DNA from: Nemertoderma westbladi
Taxonomy: Eukaryota > Animalia > Xenacoelomorpha
Direction: 5' to 3'
Length of the DNA: 32,695 nt
Assembly: GCA_032718475.1 (NCBI GenBank)
Contig: JAUCBJ010002267.1
Span: 1 to 32,695 of the forward strand
The position numbers and the translations under genes are program-made. Shown piece after piece: positions 21,180 to 32,695 of this stretch. The notes under the pieces are model-generated. The model had not been told where the DNA came from. It searched no databases and worked only from the letters and a program-made list of their open reading frames with translations. The stretch's first letter is position 1. Each line of letters begins with the position of its first letter.

Positions 21180-21450
21180 CGTAGGTGAACCGGTTACAAA
21201 AGCGACACCTCTCCTTTGCTGCTCCGTCTTTATGTAAGTATCGTAGTCTATCATAACAGTAGAGTCTGCGGCCTCGCTGTGAACCGCAGAGTGGGCGGTG
21301 CGACGAGAGGCCCCTGAACCACGGAGAGTCCGTTTACCAGCCGACATCCGGGACGCTTTATCCACCGCCCCTTTATCTCCTACCGTCGACGCATCCGGCG
21401 CTTCATACCCAGTACGTTGGCGCCACCAGTGCTGAATCACGCAGGCGGCG
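21180..21450 (-). CDS. LRRIQ3: Exon of LRRIQ3-like gene (second IQ motif AACVIQHWWR)
   Basis: TTTTAG acceptor and G|GTAAGT donor; GC-richer open frame; phase-compatible with the 22051-22168 exon (AT|C = Ile). Confidence 0.7.
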
Positions 21451-22050
21451 CTAAAATGTAAACAGAGGGAGCGGTAAAACAGAAGGGAACAGCAACCAGC
21501 GGGCGATTCTTTTAGATATTGGAGATACAGTAGATCCACAAAGCACCTCCCGATCCTTTCTTTATGGAATATAACATACAGATGCAGTAGGCTCCCTACT
21601 TCTATATTTTATTTAAATAATCAATGAGTTACTGAATTACGGTTTAAAACACTGAACTTGCCTAAAATCACATTAATAGTTGTCAACTACTGTAATATCA
21701 AATGGAATATACTGTAAATATAGTCATCCATACAGTAGACGTAATCCTACATGATTAGGAGGGGCATACGGGTGGAAACTTGACGCAAATCCCATGTCGG
21801 CGAATTAGTATCCCGTCTCGGCAAAATAATATCTCGCCTCATTGTTAAATAGTTATTAATTAATGAAAAGGAGCGGGTTACAGTGACACGTGATTCTGAC
21901 CAAAACAATAAACGAAATTCAATAACACAGGATACAGTTTCTTTTTTGCTCGTAATCTGTCGCTGTTGTTATTAGCGTAGATTTTCCCTATTGTGAGAGA
22001 TAATTTGAGTCCCCCCCCCCCCCCTCTCCTGTCTGAGTAGATAAACTTAC

Positions 22051-22168
22051 ATTGTCCGTCGTCGTTTAAACTTGGCGAGTCGTTTCCGATCGAGAAATCC
22101 TCGAATTACTTTTTGAATAATAATAACGGGTAGACGTTTACTGCTCAGTTCGTTAATTCTCCGAAGAA
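22051..22168 (-). CDS. LRRIQ3: Exon of LRRIQ3-like gene (LRRINELSSKRLPVIIIQKVIRGFLDRKRLAKFKRRRT)
   Basis: TTCCAG acceptor and GTAAGT donor; IQxxIRGFLxRK motif preceded by PV, resembling the LRRIQ3 IQ region as recalled from memory. Confidence 0.7.
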
Positions 22169-23014
22169 CTGGAATTGAATAATTAAAATTGGAAGAACTA
22201 GAAGTAGAATGATAATGAATTGAATTACACTATACTGTATTGCAAAAGTTCCCCGATGTTCTGTTCAATAGGATACATATATACTGTACAGGACATATTA
22301 TTGTAGGTTCGAATAGGTCATAGCTTCAGTATTTATATAATACAGTAGGCCTACAGTACAGTATGTGTAAAAGTATCACTTTGCGGTGTGCTGATTGTCA
22401 CGCTCTCGGTAAAGTTGTACATGTACATACTGTAGTGTAATTACGTTTTATATTGGTTTTAGGTTAGCGTAGTGTAATATTGTATTTGTAACCAAGTAAC
22501 ATAAAGGACCCCCTTGGAACTTGGAAACAAGCTGCAAAGCTTTAGGGGTAATCCTATATGTTATGTTGGACAACCTTTATACCGGTACATTGTTTGGTGT
22601 ATTTGTTATTGTTTTTACATAATGTATAAATAAATCTAACTACCTAACTGATCAGTGTTTGCCAAGTTGCACTGACGTAAAAAGTAATGGCAGAATGGGG
22701 TGAAAATAAATCGATTAGGATTAGAACACTGTAATAACATATTGAATTCGTATAAATAACGTATCTTTACGTCACATCGGTCCCTCATGTGAGGAATTTA
22801 AGGACTGGATTCATCGTATTGTATAAATATTATAACTCGCTAGACCGGCGTGATATAAAGTCCTACTTACGCCCAACGTGATAAATAAATAATAAGCTTT
22901 ATAACCATGTCTAGTCCGTAGGCAAGTGTAGTACAGTAGCAAAGCAAAAATGAACTTAGTTTAATAATACAGTATGCAATCGAATTTATAATTAATTACA
23001 CATAGGGTATACTG

Positions 23015-23066
23015 TGGGGCGAACCACGAAGTAAGGTGAGCCTTAGCGTTGGGCTACCATTAATCA
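23015..23066 (+). repeat. Terminal motif of the Helentron-like family, inverted relative to 20067-20118
   Basis: TGGGGCGAACCACGAAGTAAGGTGAGCCTTAGCGT...TACCATTAATCAA. Confidence 0.6.
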
Positions 23067-26016
23067 AGCAATTATTTTATTGATGGGATTTCTGTGTATT
23101 TTGTATGTCCTTTAAAATATAAAAAATTTGGCCCATGTGAAGTATACCAGACTTTCTGCTGCTATGTTTCACTTTGCAGTTTACCCCCATGTGAAGAATA
23201 ATACCAGGTTTCAGAAGGGATGGTTCTACCCAAAACAATAAACGAATAATAAGTATCTATACTCTATACAGGTTGTAAGATAGAAATAAGCACTAAAACA
23301 CTTCAACTTAATAAGGTTAAATTTGGAACAATACAAATTCTTCATAGGGCCCTATATAAAGTTCCAGTTGAATTTCGACCGAAAAGGGGTTTTTCACATG
23401 GGCGAAAGATTTTCCGCTGAGGCATTATCAGATAACCCCCAAAGCCCAAAGTCAAAGTTTGAGTTCTGGCTTATGATTTTGTTATTGAACAAAAACACCG
23501 TTATACAGTAATATTATAATATTGTACATGGCGGTAAATTTGAATATACCCGGTATCAATAATACATAATAATAAATTGGAATGTTCAGGCCTAGTTAGT
23601 TTAGTAGCCTATCGGAACAGTACTGCACTATGCACTACTGTAGTCTGGCATCTGTAGATCTGGTACTGTGGTAGTAGTGTAGTACTATAGTAGGCCTACC
23701 GGTCAGCCGGTAGTTCTGTAGGCAGTAGGGCCTAGTTTCTAATCTGTAATTCTGTAATTCAGTAATTTACTGCTGTACTTGTTTCAGGCAGGGTACACTG
23801 GCGCTACACTCAGTGACTCAGACCAGCAGACACTGTGACTGTACCTGGAAACAGCAAACTGTGTACAGGTGTACAGTGCACTTTCAATTTTCAGGCATCA
23901 GATGTCAGGTTTCAGGCTGTCAGGTGCTAAAAGTTTTAGCTCTGTCTGTCTGTACTATTATATGTTATATGGTTCTGCATCATTAAGTCCTTCTATCAGT
24001 CTATGGTCATTCCTTAGATCCTGAAATGTTAACCTTGAAAAGGTTAGCGTATACTTATAGCTGTATAGTGGGCTTATAGGCTTTTCTAACCAAAACAATA
24101 AACTGCCACTTTACCAATTGAGGGAAAGGAGCAGGTTAGAGAACACTGCACCAGTACTACTGTACAACCTGACAACTACCAGACTACCTGTACAGTACCG
24201 TTATACCGGTACAGTAGAGGTGGAGGCCCTGAAACACGTTGACGTTAGTCCTACCTGCCTACGAACTCAGGCTGACAGGTGACAGGACAGCAGGGCATTT
24301 CTGTATTCGCTCTATTTGCAGATTTGGATTGTTATTTTGGTTTTAGGGTTGGTTCTTTTTTAGTTCATAATGTGCAAAATTCAGAATGCGTTGTCTGGTT
24401 GTGCGCGGATTTGAAATAGTACATGTAGTACGCGCTAAAAGTGCGTGTAATTGAAATAGTACAGTAGTACGCGGTAGTCGCAGTCGGTAGAAGTGCGCGG
24501 AATTGCAAATTGTGTGAAAAGCAACTGTGTTGATCTGTGCAAAATATCACAAAATATCATAAAGTGCACGGATGAGGTGATTGACAGATTGAGGTGTAAA
24601 AAAGTGAAAAGTCTGAAAGTGAGAAAAATAATTTGCTACAAATAATTTCGCTCGCATTTCTTTTCCATCTGTCCACTGTCCATTGTTCAAATGACAGAAT
24701 GAAGATATTTCGACGCTATTTCGCTCGCGTTTCTTTGTAATTTTACAAAAATTTGCATTGCTAAAACTGTAAAATGTAAAACTTTAGCTCGCTTCGTCTT
24801 CGTGCTCCATTCAAACGGTCTACCTGTACTCAATTGTTACAATGTACTTATGATTGGTGCAATATATTAGATAAACGACAGAGAATCAACACAATTTATA
24901 TTGACTTCGCGAAAGCCTTCGATTCTGTTGTACATAAGAAATTACTTGCCAAACTATCTGCCTATGGTATATCTGGAGATTTGCTACTATCTGACTATGG
25001 CTAACTGCATTTTTATCTGATCGTAGCCAACGTGTTTGGGTTAGGAATAGTTTTTCCGATGTTTTGTGTTGTCTTATCTGGTACTCCTCAAGGTAGCGTT
25101 CTTGGTCCAATTTGGTTTGTCCTCTTTATAAATGACCTACCGGATGTAATTAATGATAGTGTATCTTGCAAATTTTTTGCCGACGATGTTAGCTGTACGC
25201 GCGTTCCTCAGATCGACTTTCACTCGCGGAATCATTATCAGCTTTGGAAACGTGGGCTGATGTATGGCAACTTAAAATTGCAGGTCAGAAATGTAGCGTG
25301 CTTTGCATCGGTTCGGCAGATAGCAACGATACACAGTGCATATTAGGCGGTAAATATTTAAAAGTTGATACTTCCTGTCTGCCTGTAGAGACCTTGGCAT
25401 TACAGTGTGCAGTACTCTAAATTTTGACGTTTATTGTCGCGAACAAGCTGCCAAAGCATTAAAAATGATAAATTTGATTTTTAAATGTTTCCAAACAAAC
25501 AATCGTACTGCCTTAATTACTGCTTTTAAATCTTATGTACGTCCACTTTTAGAATATTGTACGCCCATATTGTCTCCTTTTCATTTAGGTAGTAAAGACT
25601 TATTTGAGAGGGTCCAGAGATATTTTTCACGTCGTCTTTTTAAACGTTGTGATTTGGATTGTACAGTAAGCTATATAGATCGAATTAAACTTTTACATCT
25701 TCAACCACTAGAAGTGCGCCGTATTATTTTTGACCTAAAGATGACTTTCGCTATTTTTAACAATGAAGTCGACCTAAACTTCTCGGTCTTTTTTGCCCTA
25801 GCTCCCAGGGCCGGGTTAAGAGGAAATGGTCGTAAACTGTTTCATCATCAATCTCGCCTTCAAATTTGCAAAAATATTTTCTCCCACAGAGTGGTGCCTA
25901 TTTGGAGTTCGCTTCCAGCTGAAGTTGTAACTTCAACTAATAAATTATTATTTTCGCGCAAGATTAAAGCAATTGACCTTCTTTCTTTTTGTAATTTTAA
26001 TCACAATATGATAGAG

Positions 26017-27240
26017 TGATATTTTTATTTCCGTGTTCTACTGTATATTTAAGGATACGTAAGGGAAAGGCATGGGCAGCCTTGAATAGGCTTTCCAGGA
26101 TTTGGAAGTCACCGAGAATTAATCGGAAACTTAAGGTCCGATTATTTATGGCAGCAGTAGTTCCAGTACTCCTCTACGGGAGTCCATGCTGGGCTCTAAC
26201 TGCTGAGGACACCAAATCTCTGGATGGCACATTCACAAGAATGCTACGCCGGGTTCATTGTGTCAAGTACAATGCACACATCTCCAACCAGACACTATAT
26301 AACATTGGAGGTGTCTCATTGGTCCCCCCAAGCTTGACACTAGAACAAAATCGCCTCCGCTTTGCAGGACATTGCTTTCGCCGTGAGGACCAGCCAGTGC
26401 ATAATCTTGTACTTTGGCAGCCTCATGGAGTGAATAAGCATGGTGGACAGCCCATGACTTTCTTGAGACGCATCTTAAAGGACACAAGCCTTAAAGATGC
26501 GGATGATCTAGCAAATGTCATGGGTGATAGGGAGTTGTGGCGGTGCAATTTTGTTGACAAGCCGGCACAGCATTCTTAAAAATGCAGCTGCAATGCAGCA
26601 TGCCGCTCCTAGTAGTAGTACTGTATATTTATATTTATATTTTGTAATATATGTTTTAAATATTTGTACTATATTTTAATCTGCGGTATCGTTTGATTCG
26701 ATCTGATATTTATTTTTTTTATTATTTTGTTTTATTTCCGTGTTCTACTGTATATTTATTTTTATCTTTTGTAATATATGTAAATATTTATACTGTATAC
26801 TTTTATCTACGCTATCGTTTGATTCGATCTGATATTTTTTTTTAATTATTTTGTTTTATTTCCATGTTCTACTCATCTACTGTATATATATTTATTTTTA
26901 TATTTTGTAATATATGTAAATATTTATACTGTATATTTTTATCTACGCTATCGTTAGATTCGATCTGATATTTTTATTTCCATGTTCTACTGTATATTTA
27001 TATTTTGTAATATATGTTTTTAAATATTTATACTATATTTTAATCTGAGGTATCGTTTGATTCGATCTGATATTTTTTTTTAATTATTTTGTTTTATTTC
27101 CATGTTCTACTCATCTACTGTATATATATTTATTTTTATATTGTGTAATATATGTAAATATTTATACTGTATATTTTTATCTACGCTATCGTTAGATTCG
27201 ATCTGATATTTTTATTTCCGTGTTCTACTGTATACTTATT
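26017..27240 (+). repeat. ~100-135-bp minisatellite in the CR1 3' UTR, ~5 copies, interrupted by RTE
   Basis: Recurring TATCGTT(T/A)GATTCGATCTGATATTTT...TTATTTCC(G/A)TGTTCTACT at ~26687, 26814, 26949, 27051, 27187. Confidence 0.88.
26052..26618 (+). mobile_element. Second 5'-truncated RTE copy, nearly identical to 13873-14445
   Basis: Same ORF end (…DKPAQHS*) and (TAG)n tail; TSD TACTGTATATTTA at 26039-26051 and 26619-26631. Confidence 0.93.
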
Positions 27241-27769
27241 AGGTTTTTTATATATGATTTTATCCGCTACAATCCTAGTTATTTTATTTCACTGTTCTAC
27301 TGTATGTTTTTTCATCAGCACTACTGTGGACTGTTCTTTACTTGATTATTTAAATTACCATTTAATACGTTATTTTTATTTTCCTGCTTTCTGTAGGCCT
27401 ATGTTTTTATCAGCCCTTTGTATACTATTGATTTTTTAATTACCATTGGATGTACTGTATATTTTAATTAGAAGCATTGGTCACTTTCTTTCTGATAATT
27501 CCGTTTGGTGTCTGTTTTTATTTTCTTAGCAACTGTGAATGTACCTGGTTTTTACCGTAAGTGTACCTAGTCGTTTTTCTCCGGTGACAATTTTAATTCA
27601 TTTTATAATATTTCACTGTGTTAATAATAATAAAATAAATTCACATAGCTGCATAGTAGTAAAGTATCTTATCTACGGTATGTAACAAGTACTGAAGTAG
27701 GCCTATAAGTTAATTATTTAGTTAATTAGTATTATTAAGTTAATTAGGCCTACTGTCTGACTTTACGTT

Positions 27770-28025
27770 AATCAAAGCAAACAGATCGCCGGAGCGGAGG
27801 CGACCCGAATTCTCCTCCTTCGATAGCTGCTACCCGACACGACATCCCGAGGGTAGTGGTGGGCGCTACTCCTATCCCAAGATTTGCTACCAGTAATCAG
27901 GTAATTTTAACTGGCAGACTGGTACTCATTTTATCGATCCCAGTGGATGAACGGTTGAGTGGACCCTGGCGGGGCTGAACCTACAACCAATAGATTGCAG
28001 GCCCAGCGCTCAACCAACTGAGCTA
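27770..28025 (-). mobile_element. tRNA-derived SINE with Nin-domain-like core
   Basis: Minus strand: A box TAGCTCAGTTGG, B box GGTTCAGCCC, then CCACTCAACCGTTCATCC...GATCGATAAAATGAGTACCAG; 3' boundary approximate. Confidence 0.8.
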
Positions 28026-28861
28026 CATTATTGAAGCGCAATATTGGACAGCTATATTTTCCAATAATGCACGGCTGAAAAAATTGTGCACCTTTACTAA
28101 TGTTATGCATTTGTGGTGAAATTCCTGGGTTTCCAATTAATTGAATTCCTGATAAGCACTAGGCCATTAGCTGAGCGACCAGCACTCTCTGACGGCCGGA
28201 CCGGAGTTTAACCCATAAGATGGCCCACATGCCACATCGCCTGAATAGCCATCGTTTTACAATAAAAACCATTCTGCCATTCTAGTGATCGTCATTCTCA
28301 ATCATCATTGTCTGTATATGCGAACGTGCATCATTAACCAAATGGTGCTCTCAAATCACATGGCGATAAATCAGCCAATGAGAATTTTCCATGAAAATTT
28401 TCAGCACATTAAATTTTACCGTCAATAGATTTTTGATCGTAAGATTACCATCAATTTTCACAGCAATTTAAATTCGCCACCAATTCCCATGGCTGAAGTT
28501 CACGGCTGATACTTCTCATAGATAATTATTGAGTTTTTGTTGTATAACGACGACCTTTGTGGACCACCTTAATCCCAATATATATGGAATAACGGAATAA
28601 CGTACATGGATAGGTAGATGTTGTGCCTTTAGACCACCTGTTACGTACGGTACGGTACATACTGCATTTCATTGAAATAGTGTCTCTCATATGTACTTCA
28701 CTGATTCTGCCGAACCTGAACCTATAAACCTTTATTGTTTTTATGTATATGTAGGTGTTCTGTCATTTATACATACAAACTTTTAGTTAATAATATATTA
28801 ATATATTAATTATTTAATATAATAAATAGTTATTCTCAACACTCAAGATATTTGTTTTGAA

Positions 28862-31800
28862 ATGGATGACATATCCAAGATATTGGATAAATATGGTATT
28901 AACTTTGTGGATTTATTCATGGACTCCCAAGTTGTTGATATCGTAATACGTACTATACTATCTTCCGAATTTTCAAAAGATAATGAGTGTTTATGTCACA
29001 ATGCTATTAATGATGCAATTCTTATAGTTGAAACTATTAAATGTGAAGTTAGATCAGTTGATGTGTATGTGATGGCTATGGAAATGCTTGTAGATTTAGG
29101 CGAATATCACAAGATATCTTTTGCAACCTTGCGCATGTTACCAGTTATGTTAGAAAAAACATGCATTAGTCGCCTTGAAGCATACTTATATATTATTGTT
29201 AAAGATTATCAATGTTCATACAATACAACATTACATGAATTGGTAAAATTTTATATTAGCTTTCTCAAATACATCCTAAGTCGGTTCACTGAATGGTCAT
29301 TGCAGAAAGGCTACAACATTACATTATCTGATTTGATGTCACGCCTGCATGTCATGGAATGCGCATCATTTAATGGTGGCCAGGTATTGGATTATCCAAA
29401 TAAAGAGGAAGTATTTCGTTCATATGTTGAAAAGTCTTTAGAAACACCCTCCACCATGTTGAATGATTTAGCAATCAAAGGTTCAATGATGTTGCCCCTT
29501 TCAACTGCTGTTACTATTGTCATAGAAACCTTAATTGTTAATAATTTGTGGAAGAAATTATCAGCATTTATTTGTGATGATGTCTGTAAACATTATAAAT
29601 GTGTCATTTATGTCATTTACGATTCTCTGGTTTCCTTTCTATCTTTATTCAATGCAAAACATAAAATACCTAATGATAATGTAATCAACATGTTATTGCA
29701 AGCCTGTAACAATTGTCTTCTTGTTTGTGAACCAAATCTCTTGAATTCAATGCTTACACTTCATAAACAGATCTCATTATTGCAAATGGTGTCACAAAAA
29801 TGCTCCTCAAGCGAACAACATAATGTTACACTATTTGGTGCATTGCAAGACAGCGATACATCTGACGCTGATACAATTGGAGTAATGTCGTTTGATGAAG
29901 CTGGGCCTTGCCTAAAGAAACATGATGCCATAACCAAACTCATCAATCACTTAGTAGTGTGTAATGATAATCCTGTTTCGATTGCATCTGCGCCGATTAT
30001 AAATTATCTATCGAACAATGGGTATCCTTTTATTGGGTTGCGTGTAGCTATTGTTACTAAATGTATTATGACATGTGGCAGTGATTCTGGAGATTGTATG
30101 GAAAGGCTAATTACTCAATTTATTAAGAAACAGTTGCTTTTGGATGATATCGATAAGGAGCTTTGCATTTATGCGTTTGGTCTGATGCAATGTAATGATG
30201 CCTGTCATCTACTTGCATTAACAATAAAACAGATACTGTCACAGTCTCAAAATCTATTCACTAGACTTGACAATATAATTACAACTGCGCTAATGTATCA
30301 AGAATGGCAAGGTGATGGTTTCGATTTAGAAAATCTGGATGTATTTGAATTGAATGGTCTTGCCTCATGGGGAAAAAAACTCGGGGAGATTGGATTAGAT
30401 TTTTCCAGAGCTATGCATCTAAAAGAGTCAAGAATCGCATTAATTGGTGATTTTGTAACTAATAGCAACATTAGCCTGCAACTCCTCCGTGAGTATTGCA
30501 GTCACTTTGATATTCCTCTAGATTTGGCTAATATTCAGTTTGCTGAATACTTATTTTTCAAGGAAGCTTCAGAGTTATTCATCAAAAGTACGTGTGTCCA
30601 GGATATCCTTAGCTCGCTTACAATTAAACCATCCAAAGCATTTAGTGAAATTGCATTAATCTTTAAGGAGGTCTCAAACCGCAGTGTTTTGACTGATTCT
30701 CTAAGAACGAGTTTAGATTTCACGTCACCATATAACTATGACGCAATCGAATTTATGTTAGATCAGTTGATTGAAGTTGGTGAAACGACATACTCGACGT
30801 TTCCTTTGCAAGATATTATGGAATTCTTGGAATGTCTTAGGAACTACCAACGTTATTCCGCCAAAAAGACCCATAACGAAGAAATTTACATTCAGAGCTT
30901 GCCTGACAATGAGCAACTAATAACGCTCAAACTTGCACGCATTCGTTTACCATTTCACCACCTACTTGAGGGGTTTTGGTCGGCAACTCATCACGAATTA
31001 TGTAATAAAACCTACGAGCGACTAGCTATTCTTGCAAAAGTACTGGGCTTCGACAATTGTGACCCATTGTTCCATCAGACAATCAAAAATATAATTTCAG
31101 ATAGTGTTGATAAAAGCTCAGATAATGTAGTTGTCGTCTCAAAATCAGTAATGGAATCGAATATGTCCGACATACAAAAAATTATAAAGTGTATTGCGAA
31201 TGCTACATTGGTATTTGAAATTGGAGAATGGGTTGTGTCCACTCTTCCTATGGGTTTATATCGTCTCACAGCTATAAAACAATGCATCCAGGTAGCCAGT
31301 GAGTGGATGGCCAGAGATGACATTGATTATGATATAAAGGTGTTGGCAACCACCAAGTATAACAAATATATCCTAAGTAAATCCAACACCGCTGTTGTTA
31401 ATCTCCTCCATGCCTATGATCTGGTTTGTGAACCTTTTATTGACCTTCATAACCAGACTGATGCTCTACTCAATGCTATCTACATATACTGCCCTATTAC
31501 TGATATGGAAGAGCTCAATGGAAGCCTTGAACACCTTCATCAATTATTTAACGACATTTGCGACGAGAGTTGCAGTGAAGTATATAAGATAGAAACTCGA
31601 CAGGCTGTGGCTCGTTTGTTACTCAATGAGGAAATCGAGGAAATATCCGGGGAAAATCCGGCCGAATTGAAACTTTGGATGTCGAATTCAGCCGGAGTTC
31701 CTAGTTCACTTTCTGATTTATATAATCGAATTTGTTTCTTTTACTCTTATGATAATATCGAAGAAAACTGTGAGAATTTAATTAAAGAAGCGACTGACGA

Positions 31801-32188
31801 GTTTAATAAAAGCACATTAATTGAGCGACAGAGAGCTCTTCGCTGCGGGTTGCTAATTGGGGAACATTTCGACGTGCTCACCGAGACAAGGAAGAAGTCT
31901 ATGGATTGGCTACTAGAGGTGGAGAAATCGCTTAAGTTTTGTATTGAGTTGGAAGCCGTTCAGATGAATCTGTCGCATGAGGCTTTTCAGAGTACAGACA
32001 AGGAGGGTCTGGTATACGGAGTCTGGAAGAACAGGGGTACCACTGCGCGGGGGGTGCGTCTAACTGCCGAACTTTGTTTAGAATACAATGTACATAACGA
32101 AAAACTGTGGCAGCTTGTCCTGAAGAGAATGAAAGTTCTACGCATGGGCCTATGTTTAACTCAGGTAATTAAGGCACTCGATCAATAA
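28862..32188 (+). CDS. KNTC1: C-terminal half of kinetochore-associated protein 1 / Rod (RZZ complex)
   Basis: Motifs SPYNYDAIEF, RLPFHHL...FW....HEL, RALRC and KEGLVYGVWKN...VRLTAELCLEY...LW, recognised as the Rod C-terminal region; 1108 aa uninterrupted. Confidence 0.88.
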   Translation: MDDISKILDKYGINFVDLFMDSQVVDIVIRTILSSEFSKDNECLCHNAINDAILIVETIKCEVRSVDVYVMAMEMLVDLGEYHKISFATLRMLPVMLEKTCISRLEAYLYIIVKDYQCSYNTTLHELVKFYISFLKYILSRFTEWSLQKGYNITLSDLMSRLHVMECASFNGGQVLDYPNKEEVFRSYVEKSLETPSTMLNDLAIKGSMMLPLSTAVTIVIETLIVNNLWKKLSAFICDDVCKHYKCVIYVIYDSLVSFLSLFNAKHKIPNDNVINMLLQACNNCLLVCEPNLLNSMLTLHKQISLLQMVSQKCSSSEQHNVTLFGALQDSDTSDADTIGVMSFDEAGPCLKKHDAITKLINHLVVCNDNPVSIASAPIINYLSNNGYPFIGLRVAIVTKCIMTCGSDSGDCMERLITQFIKKQLLLDDIDKELCIYAFGLMQCNDACHLLALTIKQILSQSQNLFTRLDNIITTALMYQEWQGDGFDLENLDVFELNGLASWGKKLGEIGLDFSRAMHLKESRIALIGDFVTNSNISLQLLREYCSHFDIPLDLANIQFAEYLFFKEASELFIKSTCVQDILSSLTIKPSKAFSEIALIFKEVSNRSVLTDSLRTSLDFTSPYNYDAIEFMLDQLIEVGETTYSTFPLQDIMEFLECLRNYQRYSAKKTHNEEIYIQSLPDNEQLITLKLARIRLPFHHLLEGFWSATHHELCNKTYERLAILAKVLGFDNCDPLFHQTIKNIISDSVDKSSDNVVVVSKSVMESNMSDIQKIIKCIANATLVFEIGEWVVSTLPMGLYRLTAIKQCIQVASEWMARDDIDYDIKVLATTKYNKYILSKSNTAVVNLLHAYDLVCEPFIDLHNQTDALLNAIYIYCPITDMEELNGSLEHLHQLFNDICDESCSEVYKIETRQAVARLLLNEEIEEISGENPAELKLWMSNSAGVPSSLSDLYNRICFFYSYDNIEENCENLIKEATDEFNKSTLIERQRALRCGLLIGEHFDVLTETRKKSMDWLLEVEKSLKFCIELEAVQMNLSHEAFQSTDKEGLVYGVWKNRGTTARGVRLTAELCLEYNVHNEKLWQLVLKRMKVLRMGLCLTQVIKALDQ

Positions 32189-32316
32189 TATACAAAGGAT
32201 ATTAAAACTTAACTGCAGTTATACCCCGTACCTGTTTATCACCCGGGCTGTGTATGTGTTTGTGTATCAAAGTATAGTTTTTTGTATCTAGATTAATATT
32301 ATTAGGTTTATGCACA

Positions 32317-32526
32317 GAACTACCAACATTATTCCGCCAAAAAGACCCATAACGGAGAAATTTACATTCAGAGCTTGCCTGACAATGAGCAACTAATAAC
32401 ACTCAAACTTGCACGCATTCGTTTACCATTTCACCACCTACTTGAGGTGTTTTGGTCGGCAACTCATCACGAATTATGTAATAAAACCTACGAGCGATTA
32501 GCTATTCTTGCAAAAGTACTGGGCTT
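32317..32526 (+). repeat. 210-bp direct duplicate of KNTC1 coding segment 30841-31050
   Basis: Colinear match with 5 substitutions counted by eye. Confidence 0.95.
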
Positions 32527-32695
32527 ATAAATAAAATAAAGAACACTAATTATTTCTACCTAATCTCAGTTCGCCTAAGAAAAAAAACGGGAAGCAACCA
32601 ATATTATGTACGTACAATTATTTATATTATTTATATTTAGTTATATTATTTATATTTATTTATATTATTTGTTATATTATTTATTATATTTACTT

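Larger units (their letters stand above)
24857..27640 (+). mobile_element. 5'-truncated, frameshifted CR1-group LINE (RT to 3' UTR)
   Basis: IYIDFAKAFDSV, PQGSVLGP, FINDLP, FADD, YVRPLLEYC and FSHRVVPIW motifs spread over several frames; coding ends at 26019; AT-rich 3' UTR ending near AATAAA at ~27630 (end approximate). Confidence 0.85.

Noticed and set aside
22300-24300. Recurrent TACTGTA/TACAGTA, TAGGCCTA and TACCGGTA words as regulatory sites
   Set aside because: They occur throughout the window, so they are more likely a genome-wide oligonucleotide bias
26016-26579. CR1-RTE chimeric or bicistronic gene
   Set aside because: The TSD shows a simple RTE insertion just after the CR1 stop
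27950-28025. tRNA gene (also 11975-12048)
   Set aside because: A/B boxes run directly into SINE body sequence; no convincing acceptor stem or terminator

Overview
AT-rich, repeat-dense eukaryotic (probably invertebrate animal) genomic DNA. Positions 1-11786 are a young Bel/Pao-type LTR retroelement. The 3' LTR is 10536-11786; the 5' LTR is cut by the window start, and the two differ at about 6 positions in 1059 bp. The element encodes Gag (DUF1759-like region plus three Bel/Pao zinc knuckles) and an aspartic protease fused to only the C-terminal tip of RNase H. RT and integrase are absent. In their place lies ~1.6 kb of heavily base-paired non-coding sequence (a duplicated hairpin module with compensatory changes, a candidate pseudoknot, a 120-nt hairpin). 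This is followed by an unrecognised extra ORF in the env position, 9008-10432, a single frame broken only by three TGA codons and carrying its own three CCHC knuckles and a basic tail. The rest of the window holds nested host repeats (two tRNA-derived SINEs, a non-autonomous hAT element with an RTE insertion, Helentron-like fragments, a decayed CR1 LINE with a second RTE insertion). It also holds minus-strand exons of an IQ-motif gene resembling LRRIQ3 and a 3.3-kb uninterrupted ORF for the C-terminal half of KNTC1/Rod. All calls were made by eye; no searches or folding were run.
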